Origin: Candidatus Omnitrophota bacterium
GTDB lineage: Bacteria > Omnitrophota > Gorgyraeia > Gygaellales > Profunditerraquicolaceae
NCBI GenBank assembly: GCA_028711825.1
Contig: JAQTRM010000002.1
Span: forward strand, 1-41,626
Length of the DNA stretch: 41,626 nucleotides
Reading direction: 5' to 3'
Positions 31,505 to 41,246 of the stretch are shown here, piece by piece. Both the position numbers and the translations under genes were made by a program. The notes beneath the pieces were generated by a model that saw nothing but the letters and a program-made list of their open reading frames with translations, did no database searches and was not told the origin of the DNA. Positions within the stretch are counted from its first letter, which is position 1, and each line of letters begins with the position of its first letter.

Positions 31505-33286
31505 TTAAACTCCTTCTTTCTTGCAAAACGGTTTATACGAAAACCCAATCCAGGAAACACCAGCGTGGCTACAAAACTCTAACACATTGAGCCTTACCCC
31601 GTGAACCAAGATTGACATCGGGCCCAGGATAAGATTAAGCATATGGCCGCAGACAATAACAAACGCGGCTATAACTATTGTCAGGATATCCCCTTTTTTA
31701 ACTATACCTGCTGCCATAGAATTAAAGGCGTCGGCGATCGCCACGGTTGCCAGCCCTACCGCAAAAAGGCGGATATACGAAACTACGTCGGTAAAGTTGT
31801 TTACCAGGCTTAAGGCTATTGTGCCCAGGCCCGCCCCCACCGCCTTGAAGATATTCTTCTGCGGACTACTGAAAAATAAAACCAGCAGCAACCCGGATAT
31901 GATCAGCCATGAACCGGATGACGGGAATACGGCGTCTAAGAGCAGGGTATTCGCAAGGAAAAATACCGCCCAAAGTATAAGAATCCACCCGACATCCGCC
32001 AGTGCGGACAACGAAGGGGCTTTCCGCATCGCCTTCCATCCATGAGCCAGGGAAAGATGTAAGGCCCCGATAAAAAAACATAAGCTTTGGAGAAAAGTCG
32101 CATTATTCAGCTTCGGCAGCAAAGGCTTTAACCCCATACCATGCAACCACTCCTGCCCAAAGAAAGTGCCGCTCAATAATCCCCATATCATAGCGCAAAA
32201 GCTCAACACATAAAAGAGAAAAAACACGCTCTTATCTTTTACTTTGCCCCCCATCTTCTTATATACCCATAAAGTCAACAGAAAATAAATCAACCCATAC
32301 CCGGCATCCCCTATGAGTATCCCGAAAAATATACTAAAAAATATGATAAATAAAGGGCTGATGTCGATCTCGGAATATCCCGGCACCAGCTCCAGGAGCT
32401 TCAAGACGGGTTTTATAAGCGAAACCCAGGCGGGATTGCGCAACAATGTCGGCACGGCATCATTCTCCCCGGGCTCTAATGTCAGGATCCCCCATCCGTT
32501 TTTTTTCGCCCGCCCGACCAATAAGTTTTCCGCATCTACGGGAATATATCCTTTTAAATAGGCAATCTCTTCTGTCCGTCCCATCCCTTTTAAAACCGAA
32601 TAAAACTCTTTTTCTTTTAACAAAAGGTTCTCTGCAGCAGTAAGATCATTGGAATAAACCGCGCAGGAAGATATTTCTTTCTTTATGCTCTGCATGATCC
32701 TGGTATCTTCACTAAGCCTCTTTTTCATGCCGGATAAAGACAGTTTAGGAAGTTCCAACTCCTTAAAACCTGTCTCGATACCCCCCATGCTTACAACCAG
32801 GCAATTTACCAGAACGCCTTGAGAAGAAATCTTTTTTATTACGATATCCGGAGGCAAGAGGGCAATCTTATCTTTAGATATCTGGTAAAGCTTAACTTGG
32901 ACATTATTGTCCTGTAAAGCCCTTAGCGCATCGGGATCAAAATCTCCCCAGGGGCTCCATAAATCTATCCAGCTGTGCAAAGTTACCGAATACTCTTTTA
33001 ACTGATCATGCCTTTTCTGCAAATCGATGACGTGGCGGCAGAAAACGTCTAAATCCCCCATCTGACCGGTCTTACCTTTTCCCGGTTCTACCGCCGCGGA
33101 TGCGGATAAAATCGTCCTGACCTGTTCGATCAGGGCAATCTTATCGTTGATCGCGCTAAGTTCGACTCCGGATGGGACATTATCATGTTCGACATGCACC
33201 ATCCCCAAAGAACCTAAATCCTCCAAAGCCTCCCGATCCTGCCCCTGACGCATAAGCAGAAATATTTTTTTCATCCCGACAATCAT
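31505..33286 (-). CDS. ntpI: V-type ATP synthase subunit I (a subunit, stator/ion channel)
   Basis: 593 aa. Soluble N-terminal half with coiled-coil hairpin, then a C-terminal polytopic domain with SYIRLFAVGLA (conserved Arg helix) and GHMLN...VHGVRLNVLEF. Confidence 0.85.
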   Translation of the reverse strand: MIVGMKKIFLLMRQGQDREALEDLGSLGMVHVEHDNVPSGVELSAINDKIALIEQVRTILSASAAVEPGKGKTGQMGDLDVFCRHVIDLQKRHDQLKEYSVTLHSWIDLWSPWGDFDPDALRALQDNNVQVKLYQISKDKIALLPPDIVIKKISSQGVLVNCLVVSMGGIETGFKELELPKLSLSGMKKRLSEDTRIMQSIKKEISSCAVYSNDLTAAENLLLKEKEFYSVLKGMGRTEEIAYLKGYIPVDAENLLVGRAKKNGWGILTLEPGENDAVPTLLRNPAWVSLIKPVLKLLELVPGYSEIDISPLFIIFFSIFFGILIGDAGYGLIYFLLTLWVYKKMGGKVKDKSVFFLFYVLSFCAMIWGLLSGTFFGQEWLHGMGLKPLLPKLNNATFLQSLCFFIGALHLSLAHGWKAMRKAPSLSALADVGWILILWAVFFLANTLLLDAVFPSSGSWLIISGLLLVLFFSSPQKNIFKAVGAGLGTIALSLVNNFTDVVSYIRLFAVGLATVAIADAFNSMAAGIVKKGDILTIVIAAFVIVCGHMLNLILGPMSILVHGVRLNVLEFCSHAGVSWIGFSYKPFCKKEGV

Positions 33287-33900
33287 GACATAGCCCCTTC
33301 TAAAACCATTTCTTCTATTTTCTTCTTGGCGATCTTACTGCGCCCCACGGCGTTAGCCATTTGATCTCCGATATAAATCTTGATCAGGCGGATATTCTCC
33401 TCCGCCTGAGGGATCTTTACTTTTTCAAATAAATTTACCCTTTGGGTAGTAACTCTCAATTCCCGGCGCAAAACATCCAGCCCCTGCCGAAGAGTATCAA
33501 TTTTTTTATGTAAACCGGCTAATTCTCGCAAAGACTTTATCGCGCTGTCCACCCATAAAGGAAAAAGAAAAAGATCGTAATCTTTTTCGGAAAACTCCAG
33601 GGCGTCAAACACCGGAACATCAACTCCGGCGATATTCTTAAAATGTGTAACCGTTTTATCCGGCTTGACGAAAGAATGGAAATCCTCCTGCGCTTCAGAT
33701 AACAGACCCGCCCAAACCAAAACCCCCTGCCTTTTACTCTCTAAAGACTGCTCGGCATTCTGCAAAGCCGTATTTTGCTGCAGAATTTCCAACTGTAATT
33801 GCTGTTTTTTTAGCTGTAAGGTAGGCAGATAACGCAGGAACTGTTTCAAAGAGTCGCGCTGTCTCTTCAACTCTCCTTTGGTAAATTTAATTTTCGCCAT
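33283..33900 (-). CDS. ntpD: V-type ATP synthase subunit D (central stalk)
   Basis: 205 aa. N-terminus KFTKGELKRQRDSLKQFLRYLPTLQLKKQQL and C-terminus RRELRVTTQRVNLFEKVKIPQAEENIRLIKIYIGDQ are typical subunit D coiled-coil termini. Confidence 0.85.
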   Translation of the reverse strand: MAKIKFTKGELKRQRDSLKQFLRYLPTLQLKKQQLQLEILQQNTALQNAEQSLESKRQGVLVWAGLLSEAQEDFHSFVKPDKTVTHFKNIAGVDVPVFDALEFSEKDYDLFLFPLWVDSAIKSLRELAGLHKKIDTLRQGLDVLRRELRVTTQRVNLFEKVKIPQAEENIRLIKIYIGDQMANAVGRSKIAKKKIEEMVLEGAMS

Positions 33901-33992
33901 ATCGATTTTCCGGAACGGTTATTTTTTAGGCCAGCCGTGTTAAAGCCGGTGTCATCGGAACTATTTTTACGGTTGCCGGAGGCAACCTGGCT

Positions 33993-35285
33993 TTAACGCG
34001 GCCAGAATTCCTGAATAACCGAAAGTTTGATCCCGGTCTCTTCCGGGGTAAAACAATCCGCCAGTATCCGCCAGCCCAGATCCAGGGCCTTTTCCAGAGG
34101 GATATTAACCTTAAGGGACATCATATTAGTCTCAAAAAGCGCCCCGTATTTTAAAAGTTTTTCGTCCCAGGCGCTCATCTGGAATCCCATGGACTGCTTC
34201 TCCAGGGTCTCGCGATAACTGGCAAACAGCTGGATCATCGTATCCATGATCGTGCGATGATCGGCCCGGGTCTTGCCGTTTACCTGCTGCTTGAGGCGGC
34301 TCAAAGAACCGAAAGGCTCAATCACCCCGGACTTCAGGTAAAACTGCCCCTCAGTAATATATCCGGTGTTATCCGGGACCGGATGCGTCACGTCATCCCC
34401 CGGCATGGTGGTGGCGGAAAGTATCGTGATGGAACCCGCACCTTCAAAATCTACCGCTTTCTCGTAGCGCGCGGCAAGCTGGCTGTAAAGATCTCCCGGA
34501 TAACCGCGGTTGGAAGGAACCTGCTCCATGGTAATAGCGATCTCTTTGAGGGAATCCGCGAAATTGGTCATATCGGTCAGAAGAACCAGGACCCGCTTGC
34601 CGGATAAGGCGAAATTTTCGGCCACCGCCAGACTGATATCCGGCACCAGCAGGCATTCCACGGTGGGGTCGGAAGCGGTATGCATAAAAAATATGCAGCG
34701 TGAAAGCGCGCCGTGAGCATTTAATGTTTCACGGAAAAAAAGGTAGTCGTCGTGTTTCAGGCCCATCCCGCCGACAATGATAATATCGACTTCAGCCTGG
34801 ATAGCGATCCGCGCCAGCAGTTCATTATAAGGCTCCCCGGCAATAGAAAAGATCGGCAGTTTCTGCGACTCTACCAGCGAGTTAAAAACATCGATCATCG
34901 GGATCCCGGTACGGATAATCTTTCCCGGCACAATCCTTTTAACGGGATTTACCGACGGAGAACCGATAGCGGTAAGCCCTTCGGAAAGAAGCGGGCCGTG
35001 ATCCATGGGAACACCGCTCCCGTTAAATATACGCCCCAGGAGATTATCCCCGGTAGCCACGCGCATCGGATGCCCCAGGAACCTTACCCGGTCTCCGGTA
35101 GCGATTCCGCGGGTGCCCGCGAAAACCTGCAGGGATATTTTTTTACCGTCGATACGGATAACCTGCGCCAGGGAAACCCCGCGGCGGGTGGTAATCTGGG
35201 CGATATCGGAATAACCTACTCCTTCGGCCTCTACGGTAATTACATCTCCGGCGATCTGAATAATATTCGTATAAGATTTTTGCAT
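33993..35285 (-). CDS. ntpB: V-type ATP synthase subunit B (non-catalytic)
   Basis: 430 aa. GQKLPIFS-type degenerate P-loop region ([16 protein letters not shown]), [61 protein letters not shown]. Confidence 0.92.
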   Translation of the reverse strand: MQKSYTNIIQIAGDVITVEAEGVGYSDIAQITTRRGVSLAQVIRIDGKKISLQVFAGTRGIATGDRVRFLGHPMRVATGDNLLGRIFNGSGVPMDHGPLLSEGLTAIGSPSVNPVKRIVPGKIIRTGIPMIDVFNSLVESQKLPIFSIAGEPYNELLARIAIQAEVDIIIVGGMGLKHDDYLFFRETLNAHGALSRCIFFMHTASDPTVECLLVPDISLAVAENFALSGKRVLVLLTDMTNFADSLKEIAITMEQVPSNRGYPGDLYSQLAARYEKAVDFEGAGSITILSATTMPGDDVTHPVPDNTGYITEGQFYLKSGVIEPFGSLSRLKQQVNGKTRADHRTIMDTMIQLFASYRETLEKQSMGFQMSAWDEKLLKYGALFETNMMSLKVNIPLEKALDLGWRILADCFTPEETGIKLSVIQEFWPR

Positions 35286-35287
35286 CT

Positions 35288-37030
35288 TTATTTCTCTTTC
35301 TTAAACCTTTTGCTTCCCAAAAGGTTTGAAATTTGTTCTTCGATGTTTTTAAATTCCGGGGCGCCGAAAGCGGCGGAGTTCCAAGTCCGCATCAACTGCC
35401 GCAGGCTTTGAAAAAAATGCAGCGCCGCCGCCTTATCCCCGAGTTCATAATCCGCATCCAGCACCCCGCGGATGAAATCCAGAATATAAACCTGTCTTTC
35501 TTTAGCGGTAGCCTCGTCCACCGGATCAAAGGCATTCTGCTGCAAATACACGAAATCGAAAAAATCGCTTTTTAAATATTCGGTATAATCTTTTAAAGAA
35601 GTGCCTTCTTCCCCGATAACTTTCATCATCTGGGATATTTCGTTTCCGCGGCGCAATAAAGCGTGCAGCCTTTCCCGGTCTTCAGGATCGACAAAACCTT
35701 CATACTTGCTCCAGCTGATCAAAGGGTCGATCGCCGGGTATTTACGCGCGTCGGAACGTTCGCGGGAGAGCCCGTGGAAAGCCCCCACTACTTTAAGGGT
35801 TGCCTGGGTAACCGGCTCTTCGAAATTCCCGCCCGCCGGGCTTACCGCCCCGCCGATGGTAACCGATCCGGTCCCCCCCGAGCGCAGCCGGACCACCCCG
35901 GCGCGTTCATAAAAAGAAGCAATACGAGACTCAAGGTAAGCCGGAAATGCTTCTTCCCCCGGAATCTCCTCAAGCCTCCCGCTCATCTCACGCATCGCCT
36001 GCGCCCAGCGCGAGGTAGAATCCGCCAGCAACAATACATTTAAACCCATCTGGCGGTAATATTCGGCAATGGTAACCGCAGTATAAACGCTGGATTCACG
36101 CGCGGCAACCGGCATTGAACTGGTGTTACAGATAATCACCGTGCGGTCCATCAGCGGTTTTTTCGTCCGCGGATCGATCAACCCGGGAAAGGTCTTCAAT
36201 GTTTCAACAACCTCGCCCGCGCGTTCCCCGCAGGCGGCGATAATCACGATATCCACTTCGGCGTGACGGCTGATAAGCTGCTGCAGGACGGTCTTGCCTG
36301 CCCCGAAAGGCCCCGGGGTACAATAAGTCCCTCCGCGGTTCACCGGAAACAAAGAATCGATCAGGCGCATCTTGGTCACCAAAGGCTCCGTAGGCCTCAA
36401 TTTTTCCGCGTAAGCCCCGATAGAAATCTTCACCGGCCAAAGCTGCTGCATGCAAACATCGTGCGCCGCTCCGGAAGAATCCTTAAGGCGCGCGACCGGC
36501 TGTTTAAGATTATATTTTCCCGCGGGCGCGATAGTTTCAACCTCCAGGACTCCGGAAAGCGCAAAAGGCGCCATGATATAATGTTTGAATATCTTTTCCG
36601 GGACAAAACCCAGCCAGCTTCCCGGCATCACCTTATCCCCAGGCTTGGCCAAAGGAGTGAAATCCCATTGCGCCTCATCCGGCAAAGCCTCAAGATATAC
36701 CCCGCGCTTAAGAAAAAACCCGCATTTCTCGGCCAGCGCCGGAAGAGGATTCTGGAGCCCGTCAAAAATCTGGCCCAGCAGCCCGGGCCCGAGCTCCACC
36801 GAAAGCAGCTCTCCGGTAAACTCCACGGCATCCCCGGCTCTTAACCCCTGCGTGCTTTCGTAAACCTGCATCTCCGCCTGGTCGCCGCGCACGCGGATAA
36901 CTTCAGCCTTCAGGCGTTCCGCGCCGCAAATAATATAAGCCACTTCATTTTGAATAATCTGCCCGGCAACCTGCGCGGTCACCATGTTGGCGTTAACCTT
37001 GATTACTTTTCCCGTCCTGGTATTTTCCAT
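35288..37030 (-). CDS. ntpA: V-type ATP synthase subunit A (catalytic)
   Basis: 580 aa. Walker [67 protein letters not shown]. Confidence 0.95.
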   Translation of the reverse strand: MENTRTGKVIKVNANMVTAQVAGQIIQNEVAYIICGAERLKAEVIRVRGDQAEMQVYESTQGLRAGDAVEFTGELLSVELGPGLLGQIFDGLQNPLPALAEKCGFFLKRGVYLEALPDEAQWDFTPLAKPGDKVMPGSWLGFVPEKIFKHYIMAPFALSGVLEVETIAPAGKYNLKQPVARLKDSSGAAHDVCMQQLWPVKISIGAYAEKLRPTEPLVTKMRLIDSLFPVNRGGTYCTPGPFGAGKTVLQQLISRHAEVDIVIIAACGERAGEVVETLKTFPGLIDPRTKKPLMDRTVIICNTSSMPVAARESSVYTAVTIAEYYRQMGLNVLLLADSTSRWAQAMREMSGRLEEIPGEEAFPAYLESRIASFYERAGVVRLRSGGTGSVTIGGAVSPAGGNFEEPVTQATLKVVGAFHGLSRERSDARKYPAIDPLISWSKYEGFVDPEDRERLHALLRRGNEISQMMKVIGEEGTSLKDYTEYLKSDFFDFVYLQQNAFDPVDEATAKERQVYILDFIRGVLDADYELGDKAAALHFFQSLRQLMRTWNSAAFGAPEFKNIEEQISNLLGSKRFKKEK

Positions 37031-37032
37031 CG

Positions 37033-37563
37033 TTAATTCGCGATTACCCCGTTCAATAAATATTCTTTATCCGCTTTTTGTATTTTCTCCCAACGCTCAA
37101 GGATCATAAGCTTCAACGCGTAAAGGGCAAGATGCTTAAAGTCGAAATAATGCCCGCAGCTTAAATTTTCCAGGAAATCCCATCTCGCCTGATCCAGGAT
37201 CTTTTCCGCCTCCAGGACCGAGGCGCTCCGGTAAGCGTTCATCGCCACATGGCTGATCTCCGCCTGAGGAGCTTCGGGAAGGCGCAGGAACTTCAAAGGA
37301 TCCGTTTTTTTGCGCCCCGCCCTGGCCCTTGCCAACTCATTCCGGAGCGTAATTTCAAAGGCCGCCCATTCTTTCAAAACCGCCGGAAGGCGCGGGGACA
37401 AAAAATAATCTTTCTCCTCTCCCAGCCCGGACAGAATCTTATATTCCTTCTCCGGAATCAAATCCCTGCAACGTGCATAGAACTCCGCCAATCCGAAGGG
37501 CGGTTTGGCGGAAAAACTCAAAAATGGCAGGCTGGAAATCAAATATACGTAATAAGAAGGCAT
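37033..37563 (-). CDS. DUF2764 family protein (occupies the subunit C position in Bacteroidetes/Chlamydia-type V-ATPase operons)
   Basis: 176 aa. N-terminus YYVYLISSLPFLSF...F matches the DUF2764 opening motif as I recall it. Its position between E and A is the characteristic context. Confidence 0.65.
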   Translation of the reverse strand: MPSYYVYLISSLPFLSFSAKPPFGLAEFYARCRDLIPEKEYKILSGLGEEKDYFLSPRLPAVLKEWAAFEITLRNELARARAGRKKTDPLKFLRLPEAPQAEISHVAMNAYRSASVLEAEKILDQARWDFLENLSCGHYFDFKHLALYALKLMILERWEKIQKADKEYLLNGVIAN

Positions 37564-38165
37564 TACTTATTATCCAATATTTTTTTTAATTCCGGACGCA
37601 GGGAACCGGAGAGATATTCGCTTAAGGCCTCTGAGCTGAAATCAAACATTGACTTTCCTGAATCGAAACTGATCGTAAAACCGCTCTCCATCCCCTCGGA
37701 GGAACTTAAAGTAATCCCCTTTTTGGTCTCCTGAACCAGCTGCTTTAGAAATCCCGCCTCCAGCTTTTCCTTATCAAGTGGATTCAGCGCGACGATAACC
37801 TGGGACCCCAGGGACAGCGGGGCATTCTTGATCAAGGCGGCGATAATCCCCGCCAGCTCCTGGCTGGTCAAAACCTGCTTCAATTCCATCCTGACTAATC
37901 TTTCAAGCATCCCCGCAATCTCCTGCCTCAAGCTTATCAAAAGGTCGCGTCCGGATTGTTTTAACGCGGCGAGGGTGGATTCTTCATGCCTGGCGGATTG
38001 TTCTTTGGCCTCCGCGATAATTTTCTCCGCTTTGCTTTTGGCCTCCGCGATCAGCTTCGACGCTTTGTTTTCAGCCTCGGACTTTATCTGCGCGGCCTGC
38101 TCCTCGGCTTTCTGCACACCCTCCTGCCGGATCTTTGCGATCAAATCATTAATTTCCTGCGCCAT
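37563..38165 (-). CDS. ntpE: V-type ATP synthase subunit E (peripheral stalk)
   Basis: 200 aa. The N-terminal ~90 aa form an A/E/K-rich helix (LIAKIRQEGVQKAEEQAAQIKSEAENKASKLIAEAKSKAEKIIAEAKEQ), followed by a globular C-terminal domain. First gene of the operon. Confidence 0.8.
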   Translation of the reverse strand: MAQEINDLIAKIRQEGVQKAEEQAAQIKSEAENKASKLIAEAKSKAEKIIAEAKEQSARHEESTLAALKQSGRDLLISLRQEIAGMLERLVRMELKQVLTSQELAGIIAALIKNAPLSLGSQVIVALNPLDKEKLEAGFLKQLVQETKKGITLSSSEGMESGFTISFDSGKSMFDFSSEALSEYLSGSLRPELKKILDNK

Positions 38166-38847
38166 TTAAATCTCCCAATATTTCTTCTGTTTGCGATAAA
38201 GGATCGGCCGCTTTCAAGATCGGCCTTCCGATCACTAAAAAATCGCTTCCCGCCTTTACCGCTTCCGCAACCGTCGCCGTTCTTTTCTGGTCGTCGATGC
38301 CGGATCCCCCCGGACGAATGCCGGGAGTGACAATAATAAAATCTTTCTTTATCTTGCGCCGTAAGGCGCCGGATTCACGGGCAGAACAAACTATCCCGTC
38401 CAACCCGTCCTGCAATCCCTGCCGGGCCAAAGAGAGAACTTTTTTATCCCCGGATTCCTGGCTGGTCAAAACCGTAACCCCCAGCAAAAGAGGCCGGGGA
38501 ATCTTTAAGGCTTTCGCCTGCCGCCTGGCCGCCTCCACCGCCGCCTGCAGCATCCGGCTCCCGCCGGAAACATGTAAAGTCAGCATCTTGACGCGAAGCC
38601 GCGTCGCCGCCTCTACCGCTCCCGCTACGGTATTAGGGATATCGAAATACTTGAGGTCTAAAAAAACCTCCGCGCCTTTACTCCGGATCATTTCCACCAC
38701 CCGGGGGCCGTAAGAGGTAAAAAGGCGGCTGCCGATTTTGAAAATCTTAATCGCAGGATAAAGCCTGTTCACAAACCTTTTTGCTTCTTCTAAAGTATCC
38801 ACGTCCAAAGCAAGAATAACGCGGGTTTTATTTTTTAATCTTGGCAT
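38149..38847 (-). CDS. pyrF: Orotidine 5'-phosphate decarboxylase
   Basis: 232 aa. ILALDV, KIGSRLF, FLDLKYFDIPNTV, TPGIRP, LVIGRPI. Confidence 0.92.
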   Translation of the reverse strand: MPRLKNKTRVILALDVDTLEEAKRFVNRLYPAIKIFKIGSRLFTSYGPRVVEMIRSKGAEVFLDLKYFDIPNTVAGAVEAATRLRVKMLTLHVSGGSRMLQAAVEAARRQAKALKIPRPLLLGVTVLTSQESGDKKVLSLARQGLQDGLDGIVCSARESGALRRKIKKDFIIVTPGIRPGGSGIDDQKRTATVAEAVKAGSDFLVIGRPILKAADPLSQTEEILGDLNGAGN

Positions 38848-39770
38848 AATTTTAAACTTCCGGTAAGCCGGCTTAAATCGGGAATCCTGTTATTTATCAT
38901 GTAACGCTCTAAACCGGAGATAACCTCCAGACAGGCCCCGGGGTTGACAAAATTTACCGTCCCCAGACTCACCGCGGAAGCGCCGGCAATGAAGAATTCC
39001 AGCGCGCTTTCGACATCCATTATACCACCCATGCCGATAATAGGAATCTTAATTTTATTATACACATCCCAAACCATCTTTACGGCTACCGGCCGGACCG
39101 CCGGACCGCTTAAGCCGCCGGACCGGGAACCCAGCATGGGGATACGTTTACGCACGTCGATACGCATCCCGCTAAGGGTATTGATTAAAGCCAAAGCGTC
39201 GCTGCCCGCATCCTCGGCGGCCATCGCGATATCCGTTATACAAGTAACATTGGGGGACAACTTGGTAATCAGAATTTTCGAAGTAAGCTTGCGCACCGCC
39301 CCGACCACCGCCGCGGTATCGCCTGCATCCTGGGAAACCAGCTTATCTTTTCGCAGGTTAGGACAGGAAATATTCAGTTCAATCGCGGCGATCTCTTTAA
39401 CCGCCTCCAGTTTCCCGATTAAAATTTCAAACTCCACGGGGCTTTCTTCCGCGGCGATGCTCACAATCAGCGGTATCCCGAGTTTTTTAAGAAAAGCGAG
39501 TTTGGTACTGATAAAGGCGTCAATTCCCGGGTTTTCCAGGCCGACGGAGTTCAGCATTCCGGAGGGAGTTTCGCAAATACGCGGAGGAGGATTTCCCGGA
39601 CGCGGCTTAAGAGTGATGGTCTTAGTAACCACCGCCCCCAGCTTTTTTAGATCCATCAGGTCTTTAAATTCTTCAGCGTAACCGAAAGTCCCTGAAGCCG
39701 CCATTACCGGATTTTTAAGGTTCAGTTTATTGATCCGGACCCCCAGGTCCGGCTTTCCGCTCCTTACCAT
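38835..39770 (-). CDS. pyrD: Dihydroorotate dehydrogenase, class 1B catalytic subunit
   Basis: 311 aa. NPVMAASGTFGY, ELNISCPN, KLSPNV, GLSGPAVRPVA, IGMGGI. Confidence 0.92.
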   Translation of the reverse strand: MVRSGKPDLGVRINKLNLKNPVMAASGTFGYAEEFKDLMDLKKLGAVVTKTITLKPRPGNPPPRICETPSGMLNSVGLENPGIDAFISTKLAFLKKLGIPLIVSIAAEESPVEFEILIGKLEAVKEIAAIELNISCPNLRKDKLVSQDAGDTAAVVGAVRKLTSKILITKLSPNVTCITDIAMAAEDAGSDALALINTLSGMRIDVRKRIPMLGSRSGGLSGPAVRPVAVKMVWDVYNKIKIPIIGMGGIMDVESALEFFIAGASAVSLGTVNFVNPGACLEVISGLERYMINNRIPDLSRLTGSLKLCQD

Positions 39771-40567
39771 ATCAGATCCTCTCCGAAGAATACCGGCCCG
39801 TCTTTACAAACAGTCTTATAACCCTGACGCGTGGAGACCACGCACCCCAAACAAGCGCCGATCCCGCAGGCCATATATTCCTCCAGGGAAAGCTGGGCGG
39901 GAATATTTTTTTCGGCGGCTGCCAAAGCGACCGCCTGAAGCATCGGCCGAGGCCCGCAGGAGAATATCATCCCGGGGCGGGTTTTACCGCAAAAGGAATT
40001 CAATAAATCCGTAACCTTTCCTTTAAAACCCAATGAGCCATCATCAGTAGCGATCCTGACGGAAAAACCCAGCGCCTCAAACTCTTTCCGGCAAAGAATA
40101 AATTTTTTTGTTTTTGCGCCGATCAAGACGATAGTTTCAGCCTGTGCGATCTGCGTTTTGGATTTTTTTAGCGTTTCCGCGAGAAAAACCAGAGGCGCCA
40201 CCCCCATTCCGCCGGCAACAACAATATTGCTTTCTTTCGCGGAAAACGGCGCGGCGCGATCAAGGTTAAACCCGTTGCCCAGAGGACCGAGGATATCAAG
40301 AGAATCCCCGGGTTTTTTTGACGCGAGTATCCCGGTTGCTTTGCCGACAACCTCATAAAGGACTTTAACCCTGCGCCCTTTAATCCCGTGGATACTGAGC
40401 GGCCTTCTTAACAAAGGATCGGAAGTCCCGGAAACCCGGATATTCACGAATTGTCCGGGTAACGCGGCTTTCGCGATACAGGACGACTCAAACTCCAGGT
40501 AACGGTAACTTTCCGCTAGCTCCCGGTTACAAACTATCCTGGTTTTTAACTGCGTTATCCGCGCCAT
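39764..40567 (-). CDS. pyrK: Dihydroorotate dehydrogenase electron-transfer subunit (FAD/2Fe-2S)
   Basis: 267 aa. RRPLSI (FAD binding), AGGMGVAPL, and the C-terminal cluster MACGIGACLGCV. Confidence 0.9.
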   Translation of the reverse strand: MARITQLKTRIVCNRELAESYRYLEFESSCIAKAALPGQFVNIRVSGTSDPLLRRPLSIHGIKGRRVKVLYEVVGKATGILASKKPGDSLDILGPLGNGFNLDRAAPFSAKESNIVVAGGMGVAPLVFLAETLKKSKTQIAQAETIVLIGAKTKKFILCRKEFEALGFSVRIATDDGSLGFKGKVTDLLNSFCGKTRPGMIFSCGPRPMLQAVALAAAEKNIPAQLSLEEYMACGIGACLGCVVSTRQGYKTVCKDGPVFFGEDLIW

Positions 40568-41246
40568 ATTTTTCCGTCCGCCGGCTTAAAAAAATCACCA
40601 AGAGATAAAATAATACAAAAGTCAGGAACAACCATCCGGATTTCAAAAGATAAATCTTCACCCCCTCCCGGGCGATATCTTCCCAGGACTCTATGAATAA
40701 TGCCAGGAAAAGCAGTGTGAATATCGAACCAATCTCTTTTTTGAACCAAACCATTTTTATCGGGAGATATTCAACAATATCCAGTTTGATCATACTGGAA
40801 AACGACGGGAAAATCCTTGGCGTCTTCCGGCAATACCCGGAATATTCACCCGGAAAAACCAGGGAAAGTTTTTTTTCTTCTTTATAAATAAGAAGAATGT
40901 ATCTTATGATAAAAACAACAACGAATATTCCCGCCGCCCACCAGCGAAAAATCGCCAGGACTACCCCCAGGCCGATCAGGAAAATGCCCAAATACATCGG
41001 ATTGCGGACAACCTGATAAGGCCCTCCCTGGATTAAAGCGCGGCTGTCCTGTGAATTCTCGGCCTTATACCCCCGGGCGGAAACCCGGATAATCTGCCCT
41101 AGAAGGATAAGCGCGAATCCCAGCGTCTCGATCATTTCTTCAAGCATATCTCCGGAATAAGACCGCAGGAAAAATTTAGGAAAAACCGCCACTATTATGG
41201 CGGCGACAATCATAATTATACCGTTAATTTTTAAACGTTTTTTCAT
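40527..41246 (-). CDS. Isoprenylcysteine carboxyl methyltransferase (ICMT/PEMT-like) family membrane protein
   Basis: 239 aa, polytopic. Signature GPYQVVRNPMYLG followed by additional TM helices. Confidence 0.7.
   Translation of the reverse strand: MKKRLKINGIIMIVAAIIVAVFPKFFLRSYSGDMLEEMIETLGFALILLGQIIRVSARGYKAENSQDSRALIQGGPYQVVRNPMYLGIFLIGLGVVLAIFRWWAAGIFVVVFIIRYILLIYKEEKKLSLVFPGEYSGYCRKTPRIFPSFSSMIKLDIVEYLPIKMVWFKKEIGSIFTLLFLALFIESWEDIAREGVKIYLLKSGWLFLTFVLFYLLVIFLSRRTEKYGADNAVKNQDSL

Noticed and set aside
31504-31560. N-terminal extension of V-ATPase subunit K in the ORF track (start at 31560, MFPGLGFRINRFARKKEFK...).
   Set aside because: The extension overlaps the 3' end of subunit I by 56 nt and is basic and non-membrane. 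The ATG at 31503 gives a normal proteolipid N-terminus 1 nt after the subunit I stop.
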